A stretch of 63,930 nucleotides of DNA, filler included, from Octopus bimaculoides (taxonomy: Eukaryota): the NCBI RefSeq assembly GCF_001194135.2. It is 10 parts of 9 records of this genome, joined end to end, with 100 filler letters (N's around TTAATTAATTAA, not from the genome) between each part and the next. Parts side by side here need not be neighbours in the genome. Positions count along the whole stretch, not along the records: positions 11,216 to 14,027 come from NC_068981.1; positions 14,128 to 16,339 come from NW_026391262.1; positions 16,440 to 18,249 come from NW_026349764.1; positions 18,350 to 25,086 come from NC_068984.1; positions 25,187 to 31,231 come from NC_068996.1; 5 more parts are not named here. One strand, given 5' to 3'. Made by a program: the position numbers and the translations under genes. Below are positions 13,906-25,639 of this stretch, piece by piece (the first letter of the stretch is position 1; every line of letters begins with the position of its first letter). The notes beneath the pieces were generated by a model, which searched no databases, was not told the DNA's origin, and saw nothing but the letters and a program-made list of their open reading frames with translations.

Positions 13906-13986
13906 ACTTACACATACATACAGACATGTATGTATTTATGAATGCATATATATATATAGGTGTGTGAGTGGGAAAATGCGCATATA

Positions 13987-14027
<41 letters not shown>

Positions 14028-14127
14028 NNNNNNNNNNNNNNNNNNNNNNNNNNNNNNNNNNNNNNNNNNNNTTAATTAATTAANNNNNNNNNNNNNNNNN
14101 NNNNNNNNNNNNNNNNNNNNNNNNNNN

Positions 14128-14206
<79 letters not shown>

Positions 14207-14207
14207 A

Positions 14208-15950
14208 TTATCTATATTTATAGGTATGGAGAAATAATTTTTTCGTAGCCATTTACGAGTGCGGAAAGCCCTCGTCGACTACTCACTCTGGACTCTGTGA
14301 CAACTGCAATATCCATCCTATGCGACCTGAAGCCATTCAGGAAACGACCTTGTTTCCATTCTGCCCTCAAGCCACGTGCATTTAAACATCCAGCATAAAG
14401 TGTATCCATAACGTTGTACTTACGGGTAGAAATGGGGTAACACCACCATCTTATTCCTTTGGTCTTTCATCCGGACCTTGCGAGGTGTCGTTGACAAGGC
14501 CCTCAGGGGAAAATCTTTCCCCAGATGGCCCATATAGTTTTTAAATCGATTTTCCAATAATGTATAATCAGCTCTGTCTATTTTTTGGAGGATGTTTTCC
14601 CCCTCGCAGTCATTGGTTATGTTGGCTGCGTTTGGCACTACTGCAGTATGATCCATGTCTAGATGAGTGGTTGTGTGTTCTGATTGTTGTTATTTTTTGT
14701 TTTGTTGTAGGGCTAGTGGGGTTGGATGGGGAGGGTCATTTCCTTTCTTTTCTGGAGTATATCTCCCACCCTTCACCTTTGGCTCCTTCTATTTCCTCTT
14801 CCGCTGTTTCATTTTCAGATGTTTCCTCACTTGGTTCTTCATCCGTTTTCTTTTATTTTGTTTTTCGACAGGTGCGGGAATCGCTGCTTTTTCGTGGGGA
14901 GATTGGCACTCGACCCTAATGTTGCCTTTTTGGCCACACTTGTAGCAACGAGGCTTTTTCTCCTCTAGTGCGGCTCGCAGCTTAGTCTCCTCCACCTGTA
15001 GAGTTTCTATAATATTTTCTAAATCAGCAGGGGTTGCTTGTATAATTATCTCGAGCCTTTACCCCTGCCAATTTTGCAATTCCAGCGTTAGGGCTTGGAA
15101 AATTGTAATTTTATCCTCAAAGCCGTTTATTATGGCTGCCACCAGCCAAGCGGGGTCTACTTCGGATAGGATGTCTCCTATCTTAACCTTGGAAGTCCGC
15201 CTTCCAAGATAAGTAGGCAGGAGTATCACCTCCACTGTTTTTAATGGTCTCGTCGACATTTGTTTCGCCTTTTCTTCCGTTTTAAAGCGGACTTCTTTCG
15301 TAACAAACTTCACTCCTCTTGTGATGTATGCCACTTCATTCCAAACCGAACGGAGGCACAGCTCCACCGCTTCCTTACTCGTATTTTCCAGTTTTCTTTT
15401 CTAGAACAATTGACTTGTAAATGACTGTACACCGTAGTGCATTACGAGTGGTTTCACTGGGAGGGATAATCACAATTTCACCCCCTACCTTTTCATTAAT
15501 CATTTATAATTTCCTAACTCGTCACTTCCGCAGTTGATTAACTTTTTTGAAATAGTGGCTGCTGTCGCAAAATTGCTTCCTTTTTTTCCTTGTATAAAAT
15601 CTTCTCTAGACTGCATTTTTATCAATGTTGTGCTGATTTCCAGGAACTTGTACCAGGTTCATTTACAGTTTTTTACAATGTAATTGGCGAGTTATCCATG
15701 TTTTATTTTTTTTCACAAAATATAACAATATTTCCCCCCTTCACACAAGGGGGAAAGTGTTAACAAAGGACTGCCACAAGCAGAAAAATAGGTGTTTAAA
15801 AAACACTCAACAAAAGTTCAAGAACGTAATAATTCAACAGTGCAAATTCAACAAATTAACCTCAAATATTACAAATTATGCCAAACTTTTCGAACAACGC
15901 CACAAACAATATACACGAACAAGTCGGTCCAGATGATTGTAACGACGGTG
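14208..15950 (-). mobile_element. L1/Tx1-clade LINE: 5'UTR, degenerate ORF1 and start of ORF2 endonuclease
   Basis: ORF1 pieces (ILLPTYLGRRTSKVKIGDI; knuckle RCYKCGQKGNIRVEC) are followed by MDTLYAGCLNARGL...DIAVVTES, an APE endonuclease start. Truncated by (GA)n and a gap. Confidence 0.8.
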
Positions 15951-16726
15951 AAAAAATATTAATGTTACTTTATTGATGCATTTGGGCAAGTCTGTATCTG
16001 CATTATGAGAGAATTTCTAAAAAATGTTTTTAAAATTTTAAATTCTGCAAAAATCCGGTACAAATCCTTCATGGATCAAAATGTTGCTTACTTCTTAAAC
16101 AACCTGATAGTAAGTGTGGTTAGGAAGTACTGGAAAAGGAAAACGAGAATAGAACTCAGACGATTAAGCAGACCAATTGATTTTTGGGTCAACAAAAGAG
16201 GGAGTAAATTTGATTGACCCTAAGTTAGGACCTATTCTAGAGGTTATTTAATGTCCTTAAAATATTCACAGGTGCGGGTAACCTTATGCATACAGGAAAG
16301 ACGAAGGTCTAGTTTATTATTTACAACCACACACACACANNNNNNNNNNNNNNNNNNNNNNNNNNNNNNNNNNNNNNNNNNNNTTAATTAATTAANNNNN
16401 NNNNNNNNNNNNNNNNNNNNNNNNNNNNNNNNNNNNNNNGTGTGTGTGTGTGTGTCTCATTGTGTGTTCCCTTCGTCTGAAGATGTGCATGCTAATTGTA
16501 AACAATGTGTTACCGTTTTTACGAACGGTGTTGTTTGTTTGCAGTCCTCTGTGAAAGCATATCCAAGCTGTTCGTCGTTTGGTAAACTGGAAGAATGACT
16601 ACGTTTCTTGGATGTCGTGTAGGGTTGGCACCAGGAAGAGCACCAAACTCTTGAAGAATTCTGTTCCAGCAATGTCTCGTTTGAGTTTTACAAGCATGGA
16701 GAAGCAGACAGTGAAACCATGTTAAA

Positions 16727-16968
16727 GATGATGCTAATGATGATGATGATGATGATGACGAGGATGACAACGCTGACGCTGACTATGATAATGACGATGA
16801 TGTCATTGATGATGATGATTGTGATGACAGTAATGACGATGATGACAATGATGATGATGATAGTGATGATGTTGACGTTGATGGTGGTGGCGATGATAGT
16901 AATCATAATGATGACCATTGTGATGCTGGCCGTGATGGTAGTGATGATGATGATGACTGATGATGATG
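16727..16968. repeat. Degenerate (GAT)n low-complexity tract
   Basis: Directly visible; runs into a gap. Confidence 0.9.
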
Positions 16969-17631
16969 NNNNNNNNNNNNNNNNNNNNNNNNNNNNNNNN
17001 NNNNNNNNNNNNNNNNNNNNNNNNNNNNNNNNNNNNNNNNNNNNNNNNNNNNNNNNNNNNNNNNNNNNNNNNNNNNNNNNNNNNNNNNNNNNNNNNNNNN
17101 NNNNNNNNNNNNNNNNNNNNNNNNNNNNNNNNNNNNNNNNNNNNNNNNNNNNNNNNNNNNNNNNNNNNNNNNNNNNNNNNNNNNNNNNNNNNNNNNNNNN
17201 NNNNNNNNNNNNNNNNNNNNNNNNNNNNNNNNNNNNNNNNNNNNNNNNNNNNNNNNNNNNNNNNNNNNNNNNNNNNNNNNNNNNNNNNNNNNNNNNNNNN
17301 NNNNNNNNNNNNNNNNNNNNNNNNNNNNNNNNNNNNNNNNNNNNNNNNNNNNNNNNNNNNNNNNNNNNNNNNNNNNNNNNNNNNNNNNNNNNNNNNNNNN
17401 NNNNNNNNNNNNNNNNNNNNNNNNNNNNNNNNNNNNNNNNNNNNNNNNNNNNNNNNNNNNNNNNNNNNNNNNNNNNNNNNNNNNNNNNNNNNNNNNNNNN
17501 NNNNNNNNNNNNNNNNNNNNNNNNNNNNNNNNNNNNNNNNNNNNNNNNNNNNNNNNNNNNNNNNNNNNNNNNNNNNNNNNNNNNNNNNNNNNNNNNNNNN
17601 NNNNNNNNNNNNNNNNNNNNNNNNNNNNNNN

Positions 17632-17910
17632 TGTGCCCTTAACGTAGTTCTCGGGGAGATTCAGCGTGACACAGAGTGTGACAAGGCTGACCCTTTGAAT
17701 TACAGGCACAACAGAAACAGGAAGTAAGAGTGAGAGAAAGTTGTGGTGAAAGAATACAGCAGGGTTCGCCACCATCCCCTGCCGGAGCCTCGTGGAGCTT
17801 TTAGGTGTTTTTAGTTCAATAAACACTCACAACGCCCGGCCTGGGAATCGAAACCGTGATCCTATGACCGCGAGTCCGCTGCCCTAACCACTGGGCCACT
17901 GCGCCTCCAC
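17632..17910 (-). mobile_element. tRNA-derived SINE, family 3
   Basis: Reverse complement GGAGGCGCAGTGGCCCAGTGGTTAGGGCAGCGGACTCGCGGTC...GGTTTCGATTCCCAGGCCGGG, with A/B boxes followed by a non-tRNA body. Confidence 0.85.
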
Positions 17911-18085
17911 TGTGTGCGATGCAGTAAAAGCATAAACAAAATACAAAAAAAAATCAAAAACAGAGAGGCACAGTAACAATAAACTAAGAACATTACCAGA
18001 CTGCTGGTATCCCATGATCCATTCTCTCCACCGTTTATTACCACTCTCTATATCTGACTCTCTCTCTTTCTCTCTCTATTTTCAG

Positions 18086-18176
18086 GCCCTACTTAATCAC
18101 AGACCAGATTCCCAGTGTAATGTTTCAACAGCTTCTGTCAACCTTTGGCTAAATAACCAGAAAGATATTGTTCCAT
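18086..18176 (+). CDS. Candidate internal exon, unidentified protein
   Basis: Long polypyrimidine tract (tctctctttctctctctattttcag|) and CAT|GTAAGT donor. Only one frame is open: ALLNHRPDSQCNVSTASVNLWLNNQKDIVP (phase 0 to 1). Confidence 0.5.
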
Positions 18177-18353
18177 GTAAGTCCACCATTTTGCCTTGCT
18201 TTTCGTTATTGTTGTATGTTGTAGCTTCTGGGGTGGTGGACTTTGTTATNNNNNNNNNNNNNNNNNNNNNNNNNNNNNNNNNNNNNNNNNNNNTTAATTA
18301 ATTAANNNNNNNNNNNNNNNNNNNNNNNNNNNNNNNNNNNNNNNNNNNNTTAG

Positions 18354-18415
18354 ATGCAACTGAAAATAACGCTTGATGTTCGCGACTCGTATATGTTTGA
18401 GAAGAAGTTACCTCG
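18354..18415 (+). CDS. Candidate small exon, unidentified protein
   Basis: ttag|ATG immediately after a gap, with a CG|GTGAGG donor. Open frame MQLKITLDVRDSYMFEKKLP(R). The acceptor context is hidden in Ns. Confidence 0.3.
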
Positions 18416-18469
18416 GTGAGGACTGACTAGAGTTAAACAACAATTTGTAAATGTCTTCTTTATTAAAGA

Positions 18470-18639
18470 GGGCGCAAGTTTGGGTGTGTAGTAAGAAGTT
18501 TGCTTCCCATTTACATGGTTCCGGGTTCTAACCCACTACGTAGTACCTAAAGCTATTGTCTCCTACTATAGTCACGGGCCAACCAAGGTGTTCTGATTAG
18601 ATTTGTCAGATGGAAACTGAAAGAAGAATGTCGTACATA

Positions 18640-18675
<36 letters not shown>

Positions 18676-18962
18676 TACACACACACACACACACACACAT
18701 ACAAAGATGTGTGCGTATGTGGATGCATGCGCAGTATGTGTGTGCATGTGTGTCTTGGTGTCTGTGTTTGTCTCCACAACCGTTTGACAACTGGTTTAGC
18801 GTGTCTACGTCCTTGTAAATTTGCGTTTCGGCAATAGAGATCGATATAAGTACCAGGTTTAAGAATATAAAACTGCAGAGGCCTAGTCGTTCAACTAAAA
18901 TTCTCCAGACGGTGCCACGGCGTGGCTGCAGTCGATTGATTCAAACAAGTAAAACGAAAAAA
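18470..18962 (+). mobile_element. SINE family 1, full length with internal TA/CA microsatellite
   Basis: tRNA-like head, CORE-like segment, GATTTGTCAGATGGAAACTGAAAGAAG, microsatellite, and 3' body ending in AAACAAGTAAAA. Confidence 0.85.
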
Positions 18963-19144
18963 GAGATCACTATGTTTTTTCAATTTTCTTTGCATGAATA
19001 TAATTATATATCTAGTTTTACTTAATTAATGTGTTTTGTCTTTTACTCATGCAATGCTATATTGTGGAATTGAACCTCAAAAAACGGTGTTATTGAAATA
19101 ACCTAGGTACTACTCAATCATTCTTGTGTTCAAACTAAATGTTT

Positions 19145-19525
19145 TTTGCTTCCCAACTACATGGTCCCGAGTTCAATCCCACTGCGTGGTGCCTTCGGAA
19201 AGTTCCTTCTACTATAGCCTCTGGCCGACCAAAGCTTTGTGAGTGGATTTGGTAGATGGAAACTGGAAGAATCACTTCGTATATACATGTGTGAGTGTGT
19301 GCGTGCATGCGTGCGCAGGCGCGCGTGTCTGCGTTTGTCCGCCACCACCGCTTGGCAACCGGTGTTTGTGTGTTTACATCCCGTACCTTAGTGGTTTGGC
19401 AAACGAGATTGATAGAATGAGTACCAGGCTTTAAAAATAAGTACTGATGTCAATTTATTCGATTTAAAATTCTTCAAGGTGGCGCACCAGCATGGCCGCA
19501 ATCTAATGACTGAAACATGTATAAG
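19145..19525 (+). mobile_element. SINE family 1, near full length
   Basis: Same head, CORE-like segment and body as 18470-18962. Confidence 0.85.
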
Positions 19526-19559
19526 GAGAAAACGATGTAGATTACAATGGCAGTAATTA

Positions 19560-19770
19560 TGTCGAGGTGAGAGACTCATTACTGCACCGGGTAACATACT
19601 TAGGAGTATTTTGTCCAGATTTACGTTCTGATTTCAAATGCCACTGGGATCGACTTTGCCAGTCATCATTTCGGGGATGATAAAATAAATACCAGATGAG
19701 CAATGGGGTCAATGTAATCGACTAGCCTCTTCCCCCGAGCTTGGGCCTTGCGCTAAAATTTGAAACTAGT
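19560..19770 (+). mobile_element. SINE family 2, degenerate
   Basis: GATCGACTTTGCC...CATTTCGGGGATGATAAAATAAATACC...GGGGTCAATGTAATCGAC. Confidence 0.7.
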
Positions 19771-21350
19771 TTTTATAGCAGATATGTTTTCATATATGAA
19801 AGTAGGTCTTTTGATATGAATACGTTTGATTGTTGTAGAGTTATTAAAACCTATTCGTAACTGCAATATTTCTTTACATTAGAGTGAAATGTAATACAAA
19901 AAGCCTTAGTTGGGGTTCACATTTAGTTTTATATCTAAATATCCGTTATGGTTTAATCCAGTGATGAACTTTTTAAGTCCAAAGATTTCTCTAATTTTGT
20001 TTTACTTCTAATTTTGTTATTGGTGTGTCACTTAAATGTATGCATGTATATTAGTAAATTATTTACATGTTTGAAAATTAAAAGCTTGGCAATATATGTA
20101 AGGTGATAATAAATGGAAACTGAAAACACGGATTGTATTATCTTACATACGTTGCTTAAGGATCATATGACCTTTCGGGAAAGATTCCCCTTTTCAAATA
20201 CAATAAACTAAATAATAAAACAGCTCTGAGAAATGTGTTGTTACTAACAGGCATGACAGATAAGGAGCAACGGCGTGACACGAATGTCGACCGTGTCACA
20301 CGTTTGCCATCGGTGGCTTTTTCAGACGAGGGAAGGCAGTGTCCATAAGCTAATCGTAGGAAAAGCTGGACAGGAGAGGGTACGTAAAAGAATAAACCTT
20401 AGCCTATAGATAATCCTATAGAGACCTTGTTCAAATGCTTGAAACAGAATGGTATCAGCTAATGCCACCCTAGGCCCAGGTGATAGTGCTAAACAAGGTA
20501 GAGGCTTCTGCACAGTTTCCGCCTATCCAGTTTCACACATGAAATATGGGTAAGTTCATGGCTAAAGTAGACTGAAGACAGATTGAACCAGGGACCATGT
20601 GATCGTGGAAAAACAACATCCACCCCACTCTATATCCATACTGACAGAGAAGTGGAAACTTCCAAGGATGTTCATTGGAATAATGTGTTTGTCAATGTTA
20701 AGATATAAATGTCTTTCTATTAAAAGTTGTAATTGCAGATGCTTTTGCTATTGCTGTCTTTTAGTTCCATGGCATTCTCGAACAAGCAGACTGTAATGAA
20801 AAGGATTCCAGTCATGGACACCCTATCTTTTATTTAAAGTGGGTTTTTTTATGAGGACTGGGATGTGATTTGAGGACGAATTAACTGTTATTTCTATCGG
20901 GTCAAGTGCCTATGTAGCACTTTACTTATGAGTCATTGATGAGAGAAAGAGTGTGCTTCAGTTGTTCTTTAAAATATGTAACGTGTAAGTTCATTATCTG
21001 AAGGACATTAAATACCCATGTTAAAATCATTAGACTCTAATGGAGGCTAATGATTTTAACAATGGCAACAAAGTGGAAATTAAAGGATACAGAAGAATAT
21101 AAAGTGACGTTTGGCTTTATGAGGTTAATTAAATGAGATCGCCAGAACAATGTAGATTACGGTGGAAAAGCTAGTTGAAGAAACAGCAGCTTAAGGATTG
21201 GTACAAAGTGGAGTTATCAGACGCTAGAGGAACGTATCATTGCTATGGGTAGAGCGATATCACACACGAATGTTCAATATCATAAGCAACTCATTTATGA
21301 ATGTAAACATATTGAAACTTATGGGAGAATTCCATAATAAATTATTGTCT

Positions 21351-21554
21351 TACATTATTTACATTTGACTGATATTTGTTCCCATCTTGTAAGTTGTTAA
21401 CACAACGTTTCGGCTGATATACCTTCCAGCCTTCATTAAGCGTCTCGGGGATACTTCAAACCTGGGTTCTCATTCTTAAGGTATTTTTCGATGTTATTAT
21501 TATTATTATTATTACTATTATTATTACTATTCAGGTCATTGACTGGAATCGAAC
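21351..21554 (-). mobile_element. 5'-truncated copy A of the same hammerhead-tailed SINE
   Basis: The reverse complement matches copy B from the B-box onward. The core is mutated to UUAAUGA. Confidence 0.85.
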
Positions 21555-21625
21555 GGGCATATGGCGTAGTGGTTAAGAGCCCGAGCTACTAACCCCAAGA
21601 TTCCGAGTTCGACTCCAGGCAGTGA

Positions 21626-21660
<35 letters not shown>

Positions 21661-21799
21661 TCGAAAAATACCTTATGAATGAGAACCTGATGAAAGCTGG
21701 AGGGTATATCAGCCGAAACGTTGTGTTAACAAGATAAGGACAAATATCCGCCAAATGTAAATAATGTACATAATTCCTCATCTCTTAAATATAGAACTG
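21555..21799 (+). mobile_element. tRNA-headed SINE with (AAT)n linker and hammerhead-containing PLE-like 3' body (copy B)
   Basis: A-box TGGCGTAGTGG and B-box GAGTTCGACTCC, then GCAGTGACCTGA, (AAT)n, the body AACATCGAAAAATACC, a hammerhead core, and the tail AAATGTAAATAATGTACATAATTCCTCATCTCTTAAATATAGAACTG shared with copy C. Confidence 0.85.
21682..21727 (+). ncRNA. Minimal hammerhead motif with intact CUGAUGA/GAAA core but damaged stems
   Basis: AGAAC-CUGAUGA-AAGCUG-GAGGGUAUAU-CAGCC-GAAACGUU^GUGUU. A deletion has replaced the 5' strand of stem I, and stem II has a mismatch at its base. Confidence 0.55.
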
Positions 21800-22393
21800 A
21801 ATTATTGTTTGATTGATATTAATTAAAGTGATAGATAGCGGTGATAGAACAGCTTCCTTCCTTTGAGAAAAGTCAGTGTCAATGGTTTTTAGCAGAGCTG
21901 TTAGAGCTTCGGAAAAATGTTTGCTGTATTTCTTCCGGATCTTTACGTTCTGAGATTAAATCCTGTCGAGGATAACTTCGCCTCTTTCATATCTCCAGGC
22001 ACGATAACATACAATAACAGTCAAGTACTGTTGTCAATGGTAACGATATTTTCTTCCACCAATTTGCAGGCCTTGCGCCAAAATTATAAGCCTTTAATTT
22101 ATATACGAAACTGTAATTATAAACTTCAAAGAGCGAGATAAAAAAAAGTAGTTAAAATCTAGAGAGACGAATGAAAAATACTTGAAGTATTTGACTACTG
22201 ATTTTAAATGAAACAGTAAGACTAGTTTGAGGAAAAATGGCTGACTGCGTGAATTATAAACTACACAGATTGGAATTAAAATTGGAATAAAACTATAGCA
22301 ATCATTTACTGTTTACAGATCTATACTAATAATATAAGGGAATCAATAATAAATCTCTGAACGAGGTATAAACAGTAGCTGCACGACAACGTG

Positions 22394-22731
22394 AAGTATA
22401 TTTGCCACTTAAATGCGGCTAACCACTAAGGGTGAATGCTACTGTAGCTTGAATTTTCGTCACTGGAAAAAATGATATATGTATTTGCATTGGGACCCCT
22501 TCGCATCGAAGATCGGTGATTGTCGTGCGCTGACAAAGGGTAAATACCTAGAAACTCTGGTCATGTGTATCGCGTCAGATCAACGATGGGAAAGATGACT
22601 TCCCTTTGCAAATACTGATAGGGCACAGAAAGTGTGTCGGTAGCCAGCTGGAGGAGATGTTCTCCTGGGGCTACAAGCTACAGTAGCATTCACCCTTAGT
22701 GGTTAGCCGCATTTAAGTGGCAAATATACTT
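22394..22731. mobile_element. MITE with 58-bp perfect terminal inverted repeats
   Basis: 22394-22451 is the exact reverse complement of 22674-22731, around a 222-bp non-coding interior. Confidence 0.85.
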
Positions 22732-23004
22732 GACAATATAAGGGAATACTGTTTAGCAAAAGCCTGAGTGCATCTTTGAACGGATCAAGAGCTTTCTGGG
22801 AAATTCACTACGCAAAAGCTTATTGCTTTTTTTTTTATTTTCAGATGATGATAAAAGTAATAAGGAGTGTTTGTTAGTTGGCGTAGACGTCTCCAATTGA
22901 CTAGCAATAGCACTGCATCTGGGGTCGATGTAATCGACTTAACTCTTGCTCCGAAATTGCCGATCTTGTGTCAAAGATTGAAACCAATATTATTGCAATA
23001 ACTA

Positions 23005-23227
23005 AGGCGGCGAGTTGTCAGAATCGTTAGCAGGCCGGGCAAAATGCTTAATGGCATTTCGTCCGTCTTTACCGCCTGAGTTTAAATTCTGTCGAAGTTG
23101 ACTTTGCCATTCATCCTTTCGAGGTCGATAAAATAAGTACCATTTGAGTACTGGCGGAGTGGGGTCGATGTAATTAACAATTACCCATTGCCCCGTAATT
23201 TCTGACCTTGTGCCAAAATTTGAAACC
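23005..23227 (+). mobile_element. tRNA-derived SINE, family 2
   Basis: GGCGGCGAGTTGTCAGAATCGTTAGC...TTCATCCTTTCGAGGTCGATAAAATAAGTACC...GGGGTCGATGTAAT. A truncated copy lies just upstream at 22860-22985. Confidence 0.85.
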
Positions 23228-23833
23228 AGTATTATTGCCATGGCTATAAATTCTTTTGGGACTTGGGAATCTATTTTCTTATAAATGAGAAATAAAGATT
23301 AGCGTAACAAAAATATTTGTCTATTGTTACTATTGCCTCATAATGAATATCCATTGTAGAACCAGTTTTTAATATGGGATAATCTGCATATATTTCTGAC
23401 ACCTGACAGAGATACATATAAGATATAACGAACTTCAAGGTGGTATATTGAGCTTTATGTGTACCTGTTGTAGTCATGTGAAAGACGTCGGAGGAGATAA
23501 AGTAGAAGTACAAAATATTTAATTCACCTCCCGATATACGAAACACGCAATAAATATATCCATTAGTAAGCTATACCGGCCTTGTAGTAAATACAACCTA
23601 AATGTGAAACGTAAATGTAAATTACTATTAAAACTAAGTATCATTGTGGAGACCGGGGTGAGTAAGTCTTTAATATACCATTATAAGTTGTTATTACGAG
23701 GAACCTTCTGAACACACGTATGTTCATTCTAGTACTCATGCATGTGTATATTTATAAATATGCATATATGATTGTACGTACGCATGTAGATATGCATATA
23801 TATATATATAAATACATTTATAGACACACACAC

Positions 23834-23866
<33 letters not shown>

Positions 23867-23884
23867 TGTATGTATGTATGTATG

Positions 23885-23922
<38 letters not shown>

Positions 23923-23999
23923 TTGAAAGAACTGAATTGAATGAATTGAAGTAGTTTCAACACACAAGCTGTAGCCATGCTGGGGCACCGCCATTTGGT

Positions 24000-25050
24000 G
24001 TTGCTACATAATTTTCACTTAACTAATTCTCTTAAGAACTTGACATTTGGTGCATGAGCGTGTTTGGCGCCGCTGTCCTCATTTGCATTTCCTGCTGTGA
24101 AGCAGGTTCATCTGGGACAGTGAGAGATCTAGTTTTGTTTTGACGACATCTACATCCACCCAGGTAGGTCTCTCAGGTTCTTTAAGAGGAAGTTGAAGAG
24201 CTGTGGGCCTTGAAAGCCCAAGCTGTTGCAATATCTTGTCCTCTATTTTGATGGCAAAGTTGGAGTCTTTGCCACTATTCATTGGCACCCTGTTCTAGCG
24301 TTAGTGTAACTCTCAATGCCGAGGTTTGGGACAAGACCTTCCAGGATCTTCCAGATGTATATTACGGCATATATTTCTCGCCTACGTTCCAGAGAATAGA
24401 GTCTCAATCTCTTTAGCTCTTCCCAGTAGCTTAGATGCTGCGTAGAGACTATCTTCATGTAGCTTGGTTGGATTGCCTGAAGTTTTGCAATGGTTGGTGA
24501 CCATAGCTGGTCCATAGTAAAAGCGGCTTAGGACAAATATCTTCCAGAGAACGATCATGGTTTACTGATCACTCGTTTTAATAGTTTAAAAAATTCATCC
24601 GGGTAGCCGCCTTAGCAACATGCACATGAAATGAAAGGATAGATCATGTAAATGATCAGGTCACACAATGACTGTGTCTCTGAGATTGTAATCCCTCTAG
24701 ATCCAGTGTATTTAATTGGTATTGTGTTTAGTTTTGCATGCTGATAGCATAGGACTTGAAAACTTTCAGCATTAAACTGCATGCTATACTTCTGAACCCA
24801 CTTGTATGTTTCATCTAATTCACGTTGTAGATGCATAGCGCCTTCAAGGTTCTGTATGACCTGTTAGACATTTGCATCATCTGCATAACTTGTGATCTTG
24901 GATCTCTGTGTGGCTGAGGGCATATCTGAGAGGGCATATCTGAGAGGGCCATTATGAACAGTAGTGATCCCAAAATAGTGCTTTGCGGAACACCACTCAC
25001 TATTTGTATGTCATTGGAGGCAGTCCCGTTGGCTATTACTGTTTGACTTC
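24000..25050 (-). mobile_element. CR1/L2-group LINE, RT and C-terminal remnant
   Basis: SGVPQSTILGSLLF...ADD; YWEELKRLRLYSLERRRE...IWKIL. Confidence 0.85.
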
Positions 25051-25322
25051 TCTGTTTTTATTTTTCATTTATATATATATATATATNNNNNNNNNNNNNN
25101 NNNNNNNNNNNNNNNNNNNNNNNNNNNNNNTTAATTAATTAANNNNNNNNNNNNNNNNNNNNNNNNNNNNNNNNNNNNNNNNNNNNATTAAATGCTGAAA
25201 CATATTTCATCACATTGATAGTTGAAAGTTTGTGGGTCATGAGAATAAATCAATTGCTGACTATTTTCGTTTGCTCATTCAATTGCAGTTAAGATTGTAC
25301 AAAAATTAGTTTATTATTATCA

Positions 25323-25513
25323 AGGCAGCAAGCTGGTAGAATCGTTAGCACGCCGGGCAAAATGCTTAGCGGTATTTCGTCCGTCTGTACGTCCCCAGTT
25401 CAAATTCCGACTTTGCCATTGACCTTTTCGGGGTCGATAAATTAAGTACCAGTGAAACACTGGGTCGACGTAATCGACTCATCCCCTCCCCACAAATGGC
25501 AAAATTTGAAACC
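25323..25513 (+). mobile_element. SINE family 2
   Basis: Same head and CCTTTTCGGGGTCGATAAATTAAGTACC central domain. Confidence 0.85.
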
Positions 25514-25639
25514 ATTATTATTATTATTGGTGTTGTTAGTCAGTTGACAGGTATTGCACACCGCTCCCGTTAGCTATATTGTTACAGAAAGCTATACATT
25601 GTACATTTATTATCGTTATATAGATAAACTAATAAGCAC

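Noticed and set aside
16005-16217. 70-aa ORF weakly like a Tx1 ORF2 C-terminus
   Set aside because: Similarity is too weak to assign, and it is on the opposite strand to the adjacent Tx1 element.
21555-21625. tRNA gene
   Set aside because: A and B boxes are present, but there is no acceptor stem or complete cloverleaf, and it continues into a SINE body. The same applies to the other tRNA-like heads.
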